Shown piece after piece: positions 49,337 through 59,831 of a DNA stretch of 64,000 bases (position 1 is its first letter; every line of letters begins with the position of its first letter). The notes beneath the pieces were generated by a model that saw only the letters and a program-made list of their open reading frames with translations, was not told where the DNA came from and made no database searches. The translations under genes were made by a program, and so were the position numbers. Source of the stretch: Candidatus Poribacteria bacterium (GTDB lineage: Bacteria; Poribacteria; WGA-4E; JAJDTR01); NCBI GenBank assembly GCA_965222225.1, contig CBDCTK010000002.1:5504001-5568000 (forward strand). Reading direction: 5' to 3'.

Positions 49337-51808
49337 ATGGTTCGCTATTTCATCTCAATCTTTTTGATTTCTAGTTCACTGATTGCCTACGAAATTGCGC
49401 TGATGCGCCTACTTTCGATTGGCCAATGGCACCACTTTGCGCACATGATTATTAGTCTCGCGCTGCTCGGATTCGGTGCAAGTGGCAGTGTGATTGCAAT
49501 TGCCCAACACTGGCTAATGCGTCGGTTCCACGCTGTATACACAGTTTCCGGACTCATGTGCGCGATTAGCCTTGTATGCTGCTTTGCACTAAATCAGTAC
49601 GTTCCTTTCAATCCATTTATGGTGATTTGGCATCCGATACAGCTATTGTTCCTCGTGGCGCGGTATTTGATTCTTGCAATACCATTCTTTTTTGGCGCGG
49701 CATGCATAGGTATGGCGTTGTTGCAGTTCAATAGCGAAGTCAATCGTCTATATTTTTTTGACCTACTCGGCTCGGGTATCGGCGCACTTGGGGCTATATT
49801 GGTAATGTATCTTGTTTCTCCTGTTCAAATCTTGACCGTTGTTTCGGCAATCGGTTTCTGCGGTGTCATAGTTGCAAATGTTGGGAGTCGTTGGAAACCG
49901 TTATCGCTAATTGTAGCCATCGTAGTCGGGTTCATCAGTTACTTGGCCGTCAAACCGATTGAGATTAAAATCTCACCTTACAAGGGGTTGAGTAGTACAC
50001 TCAACTTCCCGGATGCCGAGATTTTAAGCGATCGGCATAGTCCGCTCGGGACATTGCACGTAGTGCGCAGCAACTCCATTCGCGCAGTGCCAGGGCTAAG
50101 TATCCACTCGGAGCATTTGATACCTCCGCAGCTCGGATTATTCACGGACGCTGACGCAATGACAGCAATTACTAATTTTGACGGAGACATTTCCGAGTTG
50201 GCTTTTCTGGATGATATAGTCTCGGCGGTGGCGTACCACCTACTTGACAAGCCGCGCGTGTTAATACTAGGGGCAGGCGGTGGTAGTGATGTGTTGAATG
50301 CGCTGTATCACAACGCAACTTCGGTTGATGCGGTCGAGTTGAATCCACAGATAGTTGATTTGATGGTTCACCAATACCGAGATTTCTCCGGGAACATTTT
50401 CGGCTCAGCCGCCTCCTATCAGGTAAATGTTCATATTGCTGAAGCGCGAGGATTTGTCCGATCAACGCGCGAGAAGTACGATCTTATCCAAATTGCGATG
50501 TTGGATTCGGTCAGCGCTGCTGCGTCAGGGACGCATTCCTTGAATGAGAACTATCTTTACACTATTGAGACAATTGAGGAATTTGTTCAACATCTGACGC
50601 CAGGTGGCATATTGTCAATTACACGTTGGCTCAAATCACCACCACGCGACATGATAAAGCTGTTTGCCACCGCCGTTGAGGCACTCGAACAAATCGACGG
50701 CGCTGTACCGGCTAATCAGCTTGCATTAATCCGGGAGTGGCGTACCGGCACACTATTAATCAAGAGGGAGCAATTCAAACCGTTCGAGAAAGAGGCAATA
50801 CAGGCTTTCTGCCAGCGACGTTCTTTCGACCTTGCCTACTATCCGCAGATGGTCGCATCAGAAGCAAACCGCTATAATCAGTTGCCTGAACCGATTTATT
50901 TCATCGCTGCACAAGCACTAATGTTCGGTAATCGAGAACAATTTTATAATGATTATCCTTTCCAGATTCGTCCTGCGACCAATGATTGCCCATATTTCTT
51001 CCAGTTTTTGCGTCTTGGTAAGTTGGCTCAGATAATTCGCACAATCGGAAGAAATGCTATCCCATTCATTGAATGGGGATATTTGCTCCTAATTGCGATG
51101 TTAATCCAAGCGGTTGTCGCCGGATTGATTGTCATCTTTTTACCACTCCTCTTCCTACGCAAACAACCTATGTTTCTAACGACTTGTGACAATTATAGTG
51201 CATCAAACAATCAGGCATCTAGTCTCTCCACTGGCAGACAAGGCGCATCGAAGTGGCGGGTATGTAGTTATTTCCTCAGCTTGGGTATCGGATTCATGTT
51301 GATTGAGATGGCATTTATCCAAAAATTTCTCCTGTTACTCTCGTACCCGACTTTTGCAGTTGCTGTAGTGCTATGTGCATTTCTTGTCTTCGCAGGATTG
51401 GGTAGTTTCTGCTGTCCACATGTGTCGCGAATTAGCCAGAAATTCCGCTTGCATGATGCCATTCCTACGGTCATCATCATATTATCATTGATTGCCTTTG
51501 CTTACCTGTTGCTACTTTCGCCTATTGTCGACCATTTCATTGCAAGTCCAGATTCGCTGAAGATTGTTGTTTCTGTTGCACTGATTGCACCGTTGGCTTT
51601 CTTCATGGGAATGCCGTTTCCATTGGGAATAGAACAGCTAAGAAGGAATCAGCCGGACCTCATCGCTTGGGCGTGGGGCATTAACGGTTACGCCTCGGTA
51701 GTGGGTGCAATTCTTGCCATATGCCTTGCCATCGCACTCGGATTTAATGCTGTAATTCTGATAGCAATCGCAGTTTATATCGCTGGAGCACGGTTTGCTC
51801 CATCATAA
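49337..51808 (+). CDS. Polytopic membrane protein with spermidine-synthase-like SAM-binding domain
   Basis: YEIALMR, YFFDLLGSGIGA, LILGAGGG.D, VELNP, EARGF, YDLIQ, ENYLYTIE, FFMGMPFP.G, WAWGING.ASV. Confidence 0.85.
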   Translation: MVRYFISIFLISSSLIAYEIALMRLLSIGQWHHFAHMIISLALLGFGASGSVIAIAQHWLMRRFHAVYTVSGLMCAISLVCCFALNQYVPFNPFMVIWHPIQLLFLVARYLILAIPFFFGAACIGMALLQFNSEVNRLYFFDLLGSGIGALGAILVMYLVSPVQILTVVSAIGFCGVIVANVGSRWKPLSLIVAIVVGFISYLAVKPIEIKISPYKGLSSTLNFPDAEILSDRHSPLGTLHVVRSNSIRAVPGLSIHSEHLIPPQLGLFTDADAMTAITNFDGDISELAFLDDIVSAVAYHLLDKPRVLILGAGGGSDVLNALYHNATSVDAVELNPQIVDLMVHQYRDFSGNIFGSAASYQVNVHIAEARGFVRSTREKYDLIQIAMLDSVSAAASGTHSLNENYLYTIETIEEFVQHLTPGGILSITRWLKSPPRDMIKLFATAVEALEQIDGAVPANQLALIREWRTGTLLIKREQFKPFEKEAIQAFCQRRSFDLAYYPQMVASEANRYNQLPEPIYFIAAQALMFGNREQFYNDYPFQIRPATNDCPYFFQFLRLGKLAQIIRTIGRNAIPFIEWGYLLLIAMLIQAVVAGLIVIFLPLLFLRKQPMFLTTCDNYSASNNQASSLSTGRQGASKWRVCSYFLSLGIGFMLIEMAFIQKFLLLLSYPTFAVAVVLCAFLVFAGLGSFCCPHVSRISQKFRLHDAIPTVIIILSLIAFAYLLLLSPIVDHFIASPDSLKIVVSVALIAPLAFFMGMPFPLGIEQLRRNQPDLIAWAWGINGYASVVGAILAICLAIALGFNAVILIAIAVYIAGARFAPS

Positions 51809-51898
51809 GAAAATAGCATTCGCTTAGCTGGCAGTGTAGGATGCTGAGCCTGAAGAGAAGAATTGAGGTGCGAATTACTCTTTCCACAATTCCAACTC

Positions 51899-51927
51899 TT
51901 GACTTCGATCTTGAAGTGTTGTAGAAT
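51899..51927 (+). promoter_or_regulatory. Sigma70 promoter
   Basis: TTGACT-17 bp-TAGAAT. Confidence 0.6.
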
Positions 51928-52059
51928 TAAGGATCACGGCTGCCGATTGGCGGAATGAGCAACCGGTTGCGTTTGGACAGTTAGCTTGAATACACTTTGT
52001 TTCGCCAAAGAAAGACTCTTGGGACTCGGTCTACTGTGCCGAGCGGGACAGGTCGAAGG

Positions 52060-52473
52060 ATGACAGAAGAGCTTGATACCGCTTCTCACGCGAAAAAAAA
52101 AATCGGTTCAAAAATTGTCGTAGGACTACTAGTAGTTGCCCTCATAATCATGATTATCTCGTTCGCCTTGCAATGGTATATCATTCGAGAGCTATTCAGT
52201 TTTACAACAGACATCGTGGAGCGTCAATTGGTACAACAAGCTCCGGAAGGTGTTGAAGACATAGAGATACGGAAAACATTCGCGCGAGTTCGAAAAGCAT
52301 TGCTACATATGCCTCTGAGTTATTTGCGGGGAGATATCAACCTGAAGAAAGTCAAAAGCGCGGCATATTACGCATTGAAAGCAAGCGAGGATAAAGAGTG
52401 GACTTCGGAAGAGGTCAACACTATGCTGAAGATGATGAATGCTGCTGTAGGATTCAAGAGGGAGGTCAAGTAG
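52060..52473 (+). CDS. Hypothetical single-pass membrane protein
   Basis: Basic N-terminus then IVVGLLVVALIIMIISFAL; start uncertain. Confidence 0.6.
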   Translation: MTEELDTASHAKKKIGSKIVVGLLVVALIIMIISFALQWYIIRELFSFTTDIVERQLVQQAPEGVEDIEIRKTFARVRKALLHMPLSYLRGDINLKKVKSAAYYALKASEDKEWTSEEVNTMLKMMNAAVGFKREVK

Positions 52474-52481
52474 CAGCCGTC

Positions 52482-53246
52482 ATGTCAGAGTTGGCAAACC
52501 CGTATGAGAATTTCGCCTATGCCTATGATCAGATGATGACTAACGTGGATTATGTCCGTTGGGCAAACTATATTGATGCTATCTTCAGACAATGTGAATT
52601 TCTACCACGTAAAATCTTGGATCTCGCTTGTGGAACAGGTGCACTAACGACGTTGCTGGCAACGCACAATTACGAAATGTGGGGAATGGATCGCGCCGAG
52701 GGCATGTTGTCGGTCGCCCGCCGAAAAGCAGAACACCAGGGATTAGAAATCCAGTTTAGACGGGGCGACATGCTTGACTTCAATTTGAACCAGCGGTTCG
52801 ATGCTGTTTTATGTACGTATGATAGTATCAACTACGCGGTTAATGAGGAAGAACTTTTGAATGTATTCAAATGCGTTTCAGACCATCTGGAACCATCAGG
52901 CTTGTTCATCTTCGACGTTACAACTGAGCGAAATATCACCCAACATTTCCATTCGCAGACATTCGCCGAGAATACGGAAAACTACTCATACATCTGGAAA
53001 AACATCTATTCCTATCGTGATAAGACGTGCCACACTGCCCTCACCTTCTTTATCCGCGAAGGTGAGTTTTTTCGCCGATTTGAAGAGGTTCATGTCCAAA
53101 AAATGTTTGAGGTTAGCACCGTGAAGAAGATCCTCAATGATGCCGGTTACAAAATGCTTTGTGCCTACGACATGTTCACCTTTAATCGGTGGAATCGTCA
53201 TTCAGATCGAATTAACTTCACCGCGCGAAGAATGGATTCAGCTTGA
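52482..53246 (+). CDS. Class I SAM-dependent methyltransferase
   Basis: FAYAYD, ILDLACGTG, GDM, FDAVLCTYDSINY, GLFIFD; GGAGG upstream. Confidence 0.92.
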   Translation: MSELANPYENFAYAYDQMMTNVDYVRWANYIDAIFRQCEFLPRKILDLACGTGALTTLLATHNYEMWGMDRAEGMLSVARRKAEHQGLEIQFRRGDMLDFNLNQRFDAVLCTYDSINYAVNEEELLNVFKCVSDHLEPSGLFIFDVTTERNITQHFHSQTFAENTENYSYIWKNIYSYRDKTCHTALTFFIREGEFFRRFEEVHVQKMFEVSTVKKILNDAGYKMLCAYDMFTFNRWNRHSDRINFTARRMDSA

Positions 53247-53395
53247 GATCCAGCATGTAATAAAGGAATTCCTGCCTTTCCTCTTCTTAGCTTGTTGAGT
53301 CTTACCCCACCCTCGGGTTTCAGTAATCTTCGGTTGCAGATCGACTGATTGTGTTGCGGTTCTTTCGCGCCCGAGCCTGTTCCTGCACTATAAGA

Positions 53396-53467
53396 ACTCT
53401 GTCGCACGGGATTTACTATCGCGCTCCTTATTCACTCGCTTGATCATTATACACTTGTTTGATCCCC
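53396..53467. repeat. Dispersed ~72-bp intergenic repeat, copy A
   Basis: Ungapped manual alignment to 60982-61053 gives ~56/72 matches; contains an internal 19-bp tandem unit. Confidence 0.75.
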
Positions 53468-53509
53468 AAAATCAGATGTGTTTGCCTCCGGTGTGGATAA
53501 GATAACTTG

Positions 53510-53538
53510 TTGACAATTATTTTCCCTTTTTGTATACT
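53510..53538 (+). promoter_or_regulatory. Near-consensus sigma70 promoter
   Basis: TTGACA-17 bp-TATACT. Confidence 0.75.
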
Positions 53539-53628
53539 TAATTAAAGGTCGGTGATACTTCTGGAATTTAGGTAAAAATTTAATATAAATCGAGATCATC
53601 CTGCTCTACACACTTCTGAATCGAGAAA

Positions 53629-54672
53629 ATGGCGAAAAAGAAGAATCGGTCAGCAAATATTGCGCGGAAACGGACGAAGCGGAAACAGGAACAGAAGTCT
53701 CGGCGCAAATACTTGGCAATTCAGAAACAGCGTAGACTGCATGGCGAGAAGTCTGATGAGGAGCGTCTACATGAGATGATCTTGCGAAGTCGTTTGTTGG
53801 TAGACGAACCTGAACTCCGTGCGATAACCTTTGACACGAACCTTATGAGAGAGCGTGTGTTGGAGGTGCTAGAATCGGAATCCCTGAACGTGGAGGAAGC
53901 TATTGATATCGACAGATCTGGGGATGATACACTAGACGAGATTGAAGATGAGGACGAGGTTGTCGGCGAACAGTTTCGACAGGAAATACTGCCACACTTT
54001 CTTACACCGGAGTTTCTTCACAAGATTACTCATGCACTAACCGCTTGTGAGACTCGCTTGAACCGTACAGGGCAACAAAGGAGAGCAGAAATCGCTCTCG
54101 TAGCGAGATCTATTTTTGAACTTGCCGATCCCCAAGTCCTCGTTTTCCATCCGCTCGTTCTGGGAGTTACCCTTAGAACGCTTGAATACTTGCTCAATCA
54201 ACCAGGGCAACTGTCCGAGAATGAACAGCGCGATTTTGTCCAAGAAGTGATTTCCGACATACACAATCTTGGCGCTACCGAAGAGGATACTGAACTTCAG
54301 GATGGCGAGATTGATGGAGCAGACATAGCTGATTCTGATGTCGTGGTGGATCTGGATGATAAGATAGAGAAAGAGGTATTTGTGCCCGATATATCCTCCG
54401 AAGAATTACCCGCAAGAGCACTCTACCAGAACTCCGACACATTGAGTACCCGTCAGGTTATTGAAGCGTGGGATGGTTACAGGCTGGTCAACGATACAAC
54501 TGAGCAGGTTGAGTTCGTACAGCCAGACCTTAAACGGTATATTACACTAACTTCTAGCAGGCTTTTGCTACAATGTTCCTCTATGACAGATTTAGAAGTC
54601 GCAATGACAGAAGTGGAAAAACAGTGTAAACCAGAGTTAATTTATTTGGCAAAAACTCTGGTAGAAGATTAA
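53629..54672 (+). CDS. Hypothetical protein with very basic N-terminus and acidic body
   Basis: 347-aa ORF behind a strong promoter; no family recognised. Confidence 0.75.
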   Translation: MAKKKNRSANIARKRTKRKQEQKSRRKYLAIQKQRRLHGEKSDEERLHEMILRSRLLVDEPELRAITFDTNLMRERVLEVLESESLNVEEAIDIDRSGDDTLDEIEDEDEVVGEQFRQEILPHFLTPEFLHKITHALTACETRLNRTGQQRRAEIALVARSIFELADPQVLVFHPLVLGVTLRTLEYLLNQPGQLSENEQRDFVQEVISDIHNLGATEEDTELQDGEIDGADIADSDVVVDLDDKIEKEVFVPDISSEELPARALYQNSDTLSTRQVIEAWDGYRLVNDTTEQVEFVQPDLKRYITLTSSRLLLQCSSMTDLEVAMTEVEKQCKPELIYLAKTLVED

Positions 54673-54753
54673 AAAGCGTGGGATTCAGGTAATCGGCATG
54701 GTATACTAAGATTTTTCGCATGCGGCTTATGCAGAAACAAAGGAGGTGATTTT

Positions 54754-54861
54754 ATGGCACATAGCAAAAGTGGGCAAGTCAGACGAAGAACGCAGATTCG
54801 CCACACTCAAAAGCGGCGTTTGAAAAGGAAAAAACTGACGCTAAAGCAGAAATTGCAGTGA
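54754..54861 (+). CDS. Unannotated 35-aa Lys/Arg-rich small protein
   Basis: AAGGAGGTGA SD, extended -10 TGGTATACT at 54699-54707; MAHSKSGQVRRRTQIRHTQKRRLKRKKLTLKQKLQ. Confidence 0.75.
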   Translation: MAHSKSGQVRRRTQIRHTQKRRLKRKKLTLKQKLQ

Positions 54862-54893
54862 CCAAACTAGATTCAGGTATTCCGTGCGGCGGG

Positions 54894-55706
54894 TCAAGGA
54901 CTGGCGTTATCCTCAAGTCTGTATTTTTCGAATTGAGTAAAGGCGGACGTACCTAGACGAACGGATTTTCCTCCTAAGGATTTAACGTATCCAAGCCTCA
55001 TGAGGCTGATAATCTCGACAGAGGCGGGTAAATTAAAAATATACCGTACGCACTGGCGATCTTTTTGGCGTTCAAGCGGCGCACTTACAAGCTGGGTGCC
55101 AATGTGGAGGGCTGTCGCCGCCAACAGCAGGTTTTGAATCATCGCTCCCATGCCAATCCACATCCAGCGGGCTGCTCCCTCTCCGGGTGGACGCCTGTTG
55201 GTATTCATCAGAACCAAAATTAGTAGCGGTGACGTCCGCACCAAGTTCGAGATTTCCTTTGCGGGCATCTTTCCCGCTCCTAATTGTCCCAAGATGCCGA
55301 GGTGTTTGGCGTTCTTCAGCAGGGGACCAAGCATAGTCGGATCCTTTGACAAGATTTGAGGGAGGCTAACATGATCGGCGAGCAAGACACCATCACGGGT
55401 TTCCTCCCATTCCTCATTGGTTAACCGCATCCAGCGGTGATTGTCATCAAGGAATTTGGTATCCTTGAACTGTTCAGCGACGCATTTTTCCGTTAGATTA
55501 GCAAGTGCGATTTTCCCTTCTATTTCCCGGATTATCAATAACTCCCACGGTTGAACGTTAAACGGTGAAGGCGCCCATCGAGCCGCTTCTAGTAATCGAT
55601 CGAGATCCTCAGGCCGAATTTGCCTATCTTGAAATTGACCTCGGTGACTCCGACGTGAAGCAATAGCGTCAAAGAGATTCATTTCGGGCAGCTCCCTATC
55701 TTCCAT
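54894..55706 (-). CDS. Nitroreductase family protein
   Basis: IASRRSHR, AARWAPSPFNVQPW, GAMIQNLLLAATAL, LG; GAGGTG RBS. Confidence 0.9.
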   Translation of the reverse strand: MEDRELPEMNLFDAIASRRSHRGQFQDRQIRPEDLDRLLEAARWAPSPFNVQPWELLIIREIEGKIALANLTEKCVAEQFKDTKFLDDNHRWMRLTNEEWEETRDGVLLADHVSLPQILSKDPTMLGPLLKNAKHLGILGQLGAGKMPAKEISNLVRTSPLLILVLMNTNRRPPGEGAARWMWIGMGAMIQNLLLAATALHIGTQLVSAPLERQKDRQCVRYIFNLPASVEIISLMRLGYVKSLGGKSVRLGTSAFTQFEKYRLEDNASP

Positions 55707-55939
55707 TGTTACACCTCTTTCTATCCTTGGTTAAACGTTAAGCCCTCTCAGTTCAGCGGTTTTCCGTCGGAAAACACAACTCTTGAGATCCTCTGAATCG
55801 GGAAGCCGAGATAGAACACGAGGTTTTAGTGGCGGAACATCGCGCGAGCAATCTTTGCTTTGCAAAGATAACCTCCCCTCTATAATTGATGTATGTTTCT
55901 TTGGACGACAGTGCAAAGGTGCGCCCTGCGCCCAAAGGG

Positions 55940-57550
55940 TTAGTACCAGAGCGCTGACCCCTGAGATGCCCCTAGTAGCATCCCCGAATCGGGATCCTTC
56001 ATAATCATCTTTCTACTGCCGCCGGTCCCACCTCGTGCTACCACGTGTCCCCATCGTTCCAATTCTTTAACGGTTTCATCGGCGAAACGTCCATCCAACC
56101 TTAGTATAAAAGGTTGCCCGACTTGCGACGGAGAGGCACCGGGAAAACTAATCCAGGCAGGCGTGTCTACTGCATGTGCCGGAGGCATTCCAAAGTCAAT
56201 CGCGTTAGTGATAGCTTGAAAATTCAATTGCGGCTGCATAAACCCGCCGGGAGTGTTTCCAATAAAGAACACTTCGTCGCTGCTGCAAACAATGTACGTA
56301 TTTAGGGTGTGCATTGTGCGCTTTCCGGGTTTAAGCTGATTGGGATGTCCATCATCAAACGCGAAACCTTGCGCATATCCAATCCTGTCATTCAAGACGA
56401 TTCCGGTACCATCAACCACCAGCCCGGATCCAAAATGGCTTGACAGGCTAATGATAAAAGACACGGCGTTGCCATCCTTATCAGCGACGGCAAAAGATGT
56501 CGTGTCACCATTACGATAGATGTCCCCAGCCGTGGGCACGGTACTCGCTTGGTTCGGATGAATTGCCTCCCGACGCTTCTCAGCGAACGATTTTGATAAT
56601 AGGACTCCTAGAGGGACATCCTCGAAATCCGGATCCCCGGAATACGCCAACCGATCCGCGAACGCCAATTTCTTAGCTTCAACCATGTGGTGTAGGTGAG
56701 CGGCGCTACCAAATTCCATCGCGGCAACATCATATCCCTCAAGAATATTCAGTTCTTCAAGAACAATGTGACCTTGTGAGGGTAAAGTCGTTTGGTAGAC
56801 GGTATACCCTCGATAATCTGTTTGAATCGGTTCATAAACGTCCGATGTGTGATTTTCAAAATCGTACATCGTAAACAATCCGCCATTTGCTTCGGAACAG
56901 GCGACGATCGCTTGAGCGATTTCACCTTTATAAAAGGCTTCCCGTCCTCCCTCGGCAACGAGACGGAGGCTTCTTCCCAAGTCGCGGTTCACCAATACAC
57001 CCGCGCGCTTTGAAAGCACTTCGTCCTTGCAAAAGACCTTCGCAGTATTAGGAAACTTCCTGAGTTTACCATCTGCAGCCAAAGATTTGCGGTCTCCGGC
57101 TTTCATCAACAGCCCCTCTTCCGCAAACTCAATTGCGGGCTGAAGGAGCTCCTTCAACGGCATTGTTCCGAAACGCTCAAGCACTTCTACATAAGCATCA
57201 ACTGCGCCCGGAACAGAGGCAGAATGAATGCCGTCCTCCGCCATGTGCGTCCTGCCTTGCTTTTTGTAGTAGTCTACCGAGGCAGCGTAAGGCGTCCTGC
57301 CACTTCCGTTGATTCCAGTCACTTTTTTCGATTTGCCATCGTAGACTAGAATGAACGCATCTCCACCAAGTCCGCTACGACCAAGCCCAATGACGTTTAG
57401 TGTGGCTGCAGTGGCGACTGAGGCGTCAACAGCATTGCCTCCCTCTTGTAACACTTTCAGCCCTACTAGAGAAGCCTGTGGAAATTCCGTGACAACAACG
57501 CCATTTTTGGCTACACACAGCTCGTTCTGCCAGTTGACCGCAAAGTCCAT
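55940..57550 (-). CDS. Gamma-glutamyltransferase family protein
   Basis: GGNAVDA, GLGGDAF, SVPGAV, nucleophile TTSFAVADKDGNAVS, FGSG, PGKRTMHTL, PGG. Confidence 0.93.
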   Translation of the reverse strand: MDFAVNWQNELCVAKNGVVVTEFPQASLVGLKVLQEGGNAVDASVATAATLNVIGLGRSGLGGDAFILVYDGKSKKVTGINGSGRTPYAASVDYYKKQGRTHMAEDGIHSASVPGAVDAYVEVLERFGTMPLKELLQPAIEFAEEGLLMKAGDRKSLAADGKLRKFPNTAKVFCKDEVLSKRAGVLVNRDLGRSLRLVAEGGREAFYKGEIAQAIVACSEANGGLFTMYDFENHTSDVYEPIQTDYRGYTVYQTTLPSQGHIVLEELNILEGYDVAAMEFGSAAHLHHMVEAKKLAFADRLAYSGDPDFEDVPLGVLLSKSFAEKRREAIHPNQASTVPTAGDIYRNGDTTSFAVADKDGNAVSFIISLSSHFGSGLVVDGTGIVLNDRIGYAQGFAFDDGHPNQLKPGKRTMHTLNTYIVCSSDEVFFIGNTPGGFMQPQLNFQAITNAIDFGMPPAHAVDTPAWISFPGASPSQVGQPFILRLDGRFADETVKELERWGHVVARGGTGGSRKMIMKDPDSGMLLGASQGSALWY

Positions 57551-57762
57551 AATCGTCTCCTAATAAGTGGGTTGTTTGTCAATCTCGTGAATCCTCGCTC
57601 ATATTTTACCCAAAGGATACCTGAGAACAACACGTAGTACAAGTATTTATTGTATAAAGGATTAGAAAGTTCAGACTTAGCACTGAAGGAGAATGAAACA
57701 GCGTGATTCGCCGGTCCGAAGAATTTACATCTCCTTACAGGAGAATTTCACCGCGGATTTGC

Positions 57763-57792
57763 TTGACACCATAAAAATCCTAATAATATACT
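57763..57792 (+). promoter_or_regulatory. Sigma70 promoter upstream of GFA/Fpg genes
   Basis: TTGACA-18 bp-TATACT. Confidence 0.5.
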
Positions 57793-57918
57793 ACTCATGA
57801 AATAACATAATCAAACCCAAGAGAGAATCTATAATCCTAATCCGTTATAAACCCGTGTTGCCCACTGTAGGAGATTGTGACATCAACACACATTTCGGTC
57901 ATTAGAAAAGGTAGAATA

Positions 57919-58311
57919 ATGAAACAGACAGTCGTTCAACGTGGCTGCCTTCGTGGTGAGATTCGCTACCATGCAAGAGCAAAGCCCGTAACTTCGCACA
58001 TCTGCCACTGCGAGAATTGCCGCCGTGCGAGCGGTGGGCTGGCTATCGTTCTCCTACGGAGATTTGAGTTCATCAAGCGGCAACCATCACGCTATCGCTA
58101 CTGTCGAAAAGATGCGGCTTGGGCAGAACGCAGTTTCTGCGGTCAATGCGGTACGCAACTTGCCTATGACAGCGAGGACGCCGACAGTATCGACGTTACA
58201 ACTGTTACCTTGGACGAACCCGATACCTATCCGCCCGAGTCCCATGAGTGGGTGTCATAAAAGCCGTCATGGTTGGAACTATGGTCGCTAGATGATTTTG
58301 CATCAGAGTGA
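57919..58311 (+). pseudogene. GFA (glutathione-dependent formaldehyde-activating) family gene, probably inactivated
   Basis: CHCENCRR and RSFCGQCGT present; GCLCG reads GCLRG; in-frame TAA at 58258-58260 interrupts HEWVS*KPSWLEL. Confidence 0.7.
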
Positions 58312-58337
58312 ATTGGAGTTGAAAGGAACCCAAAAGT

Positions 58338-59189
58338 ATGCCTGAAGGTCCCGAGATTGAGCGCCTCCGAGACGAGTTGCTAATTCTTGAAAACAAGCGT
58401 TTACAGGGAGTCAGTTTTACTCCATCGGCTTTGAAATACCAACGCTATCAAGAGCAACAAGATAGGTTAGCTTTGATCCGCGGAAAAATACTTGAAAAAC
58501 TTGAACGCCGAGGTAAATTCCTAATATGGTGGTTTGAGAGTTTGCCGGTGTTGAATCATTTCGGCATGACTGGAGAGTGGGCCGTCGAATCAGCGAAAGA
58601 ACCGTCAACTTCAATTCCCTCAAAATACGCAAAAGTGATTTTGGATTTTGGTGGCGGCATTCGAGCAATCTTTGAGGACATGCGAAATTTCGGGCGGTTT
58701 CAGGTTTATAGTTCCGAACAAGACATGCTTGAAGGCGTTCCCAGGCTGAAAACCCTCGGTATCCATGGTTTGCAAGAACATTTCCCTCAAAAGCAATTCG
58801 AGCAATTCTTGGATCTGTCCATCAATCGGAACAAGCCGCTAGGAGAAGCGCTAACCTCTTCTAGCGTAGTCTCAGACATCGGCAACATGTATAAATCGGA
58901 GATATTATTTGTAGCGAAACTGAATCCAAACGCAACTGCAAATCAACTATCATCCACAGAAAAAAGACGTTTGGGACGGGCAATCAGTCTCGTCCTAAAG
59001 CGAGCATATGAGGCTGACGGGGTTACAGTGGAGAAGGTTCAATCTTCCTCCGGTGAACAGTCCCACGACGTACACTACGTCTATGGAAAAAAGGGTCGTC
59101 CGTGTTCTTCTTGCAAGTCGCCGATTGAACGATTCATTCAGAAACGGGGATCGACATATTTCTGTCCGAAGTGCCAAGCGCTCAAATAA
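58338..59189 (+). CDS. Fpg/Nei family DNA glycosylase/AP lyase
   Basis: N-terminal PEGPE, RRGK, HFGMTG, RNFG, H2TH IGNMYKSE, zinc finger CSSC...CPKCQ. Confidence 0.92.
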   Translation: MPEGPEIERLRDELLILENKRLQGVSFTPSALKYQRYQEQQDRLALIRGKILEKLERRGKFLIWWFESLPVLNHFGMTGEWAVESAKEPSTSIPSKYAKVILDFGGGIRAIFEDMRNFGRFQVYSSEQDMLEGVPRLKTLGIHGLQEHFPQKQFEQFLDLSINRNKPLGEALTSSSVVSDIGNMYKSEILFVAKLNPNATANQLSSTEKRRLGRAISLVLKRAYEADGVTVEKVQSSSGEQSHDVHYVYGKKGRPCSSCKSPIERFIQKRGSTYFCPKCQALK

Positions 59190-59390
59190 CCCTCCTATCG
59201 TTTCCGGCTTAGCTTTTACACTACGCGGGCGGGAAGTGTAGCGGGATTGTTGCACCAACTACTGTTGTTGATCTTGATAGCCGGGACATGCTACAATAAC
59301 GGTGTCTTGACGGGTTTCCTAAAGGGATTAGATGGAGAATACCATTACTCTAAAATGACAATGCATAACTGGCAAATGGCGTGAATTGAA

Positions 59391-59415
59391 GTCGCGATTC
59401 GGAGATCGCTCCTAC
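59391..59415 (-). repeat. GTAG-type REP-like palindrome
   Basis: Minus strand GTAG-GA-GCGAT-CTCCGA-ATCGC-GAC; degenerate relatives near 63822-63875. Confidence 0.6.
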
Positions 59416-59831
59416 CGGGTGCTACACCGTGTAACCGCTAGGCCTAACGAAATAATTGTTTCACTCTATGCACTGTAATTCAAACGAAATGGTATTACCA
59501 AGGTTTTTGATGCTCTGTACACTCGTGACCCATGCCATGAGAATTGGCTTACAGCCGTCATTCAATAGAATTGAGAAAGGTATAACCTCAAGGCGTGCGC
59601 GTTTAACCGCTTCCCTTTCACTTGGCACTCCACTAGCCGCAAAGTCAAAACGCATAAGTAGTGTTGGAGGGAGATTCTTATCCTGATAGTCTGGGCGGCG
59701 ATGCCTTGAACGAAGGGGGCGCCCACGTGATTCGTCAATTACTGCCAGAATACACACCTCAGGACACTTGATGGATCCGGATCGCTACAAAGTGCTTAAT
59801 TCCCAATTTCCCAATCATAAGGAGATTCGAA

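Noticed and set aside
53470-53628. Possible replication origin (AT-rich spacer with DnaA box)
   Set aside because: Only one perfect box and no dnaA, dnaN or gidA-type neighbours.
59456-59757. Overlapping 76-aa and 98-aa ORFs on opposite strands
   Set aside because: No RBS or recognisable family; at best a gene fragment.
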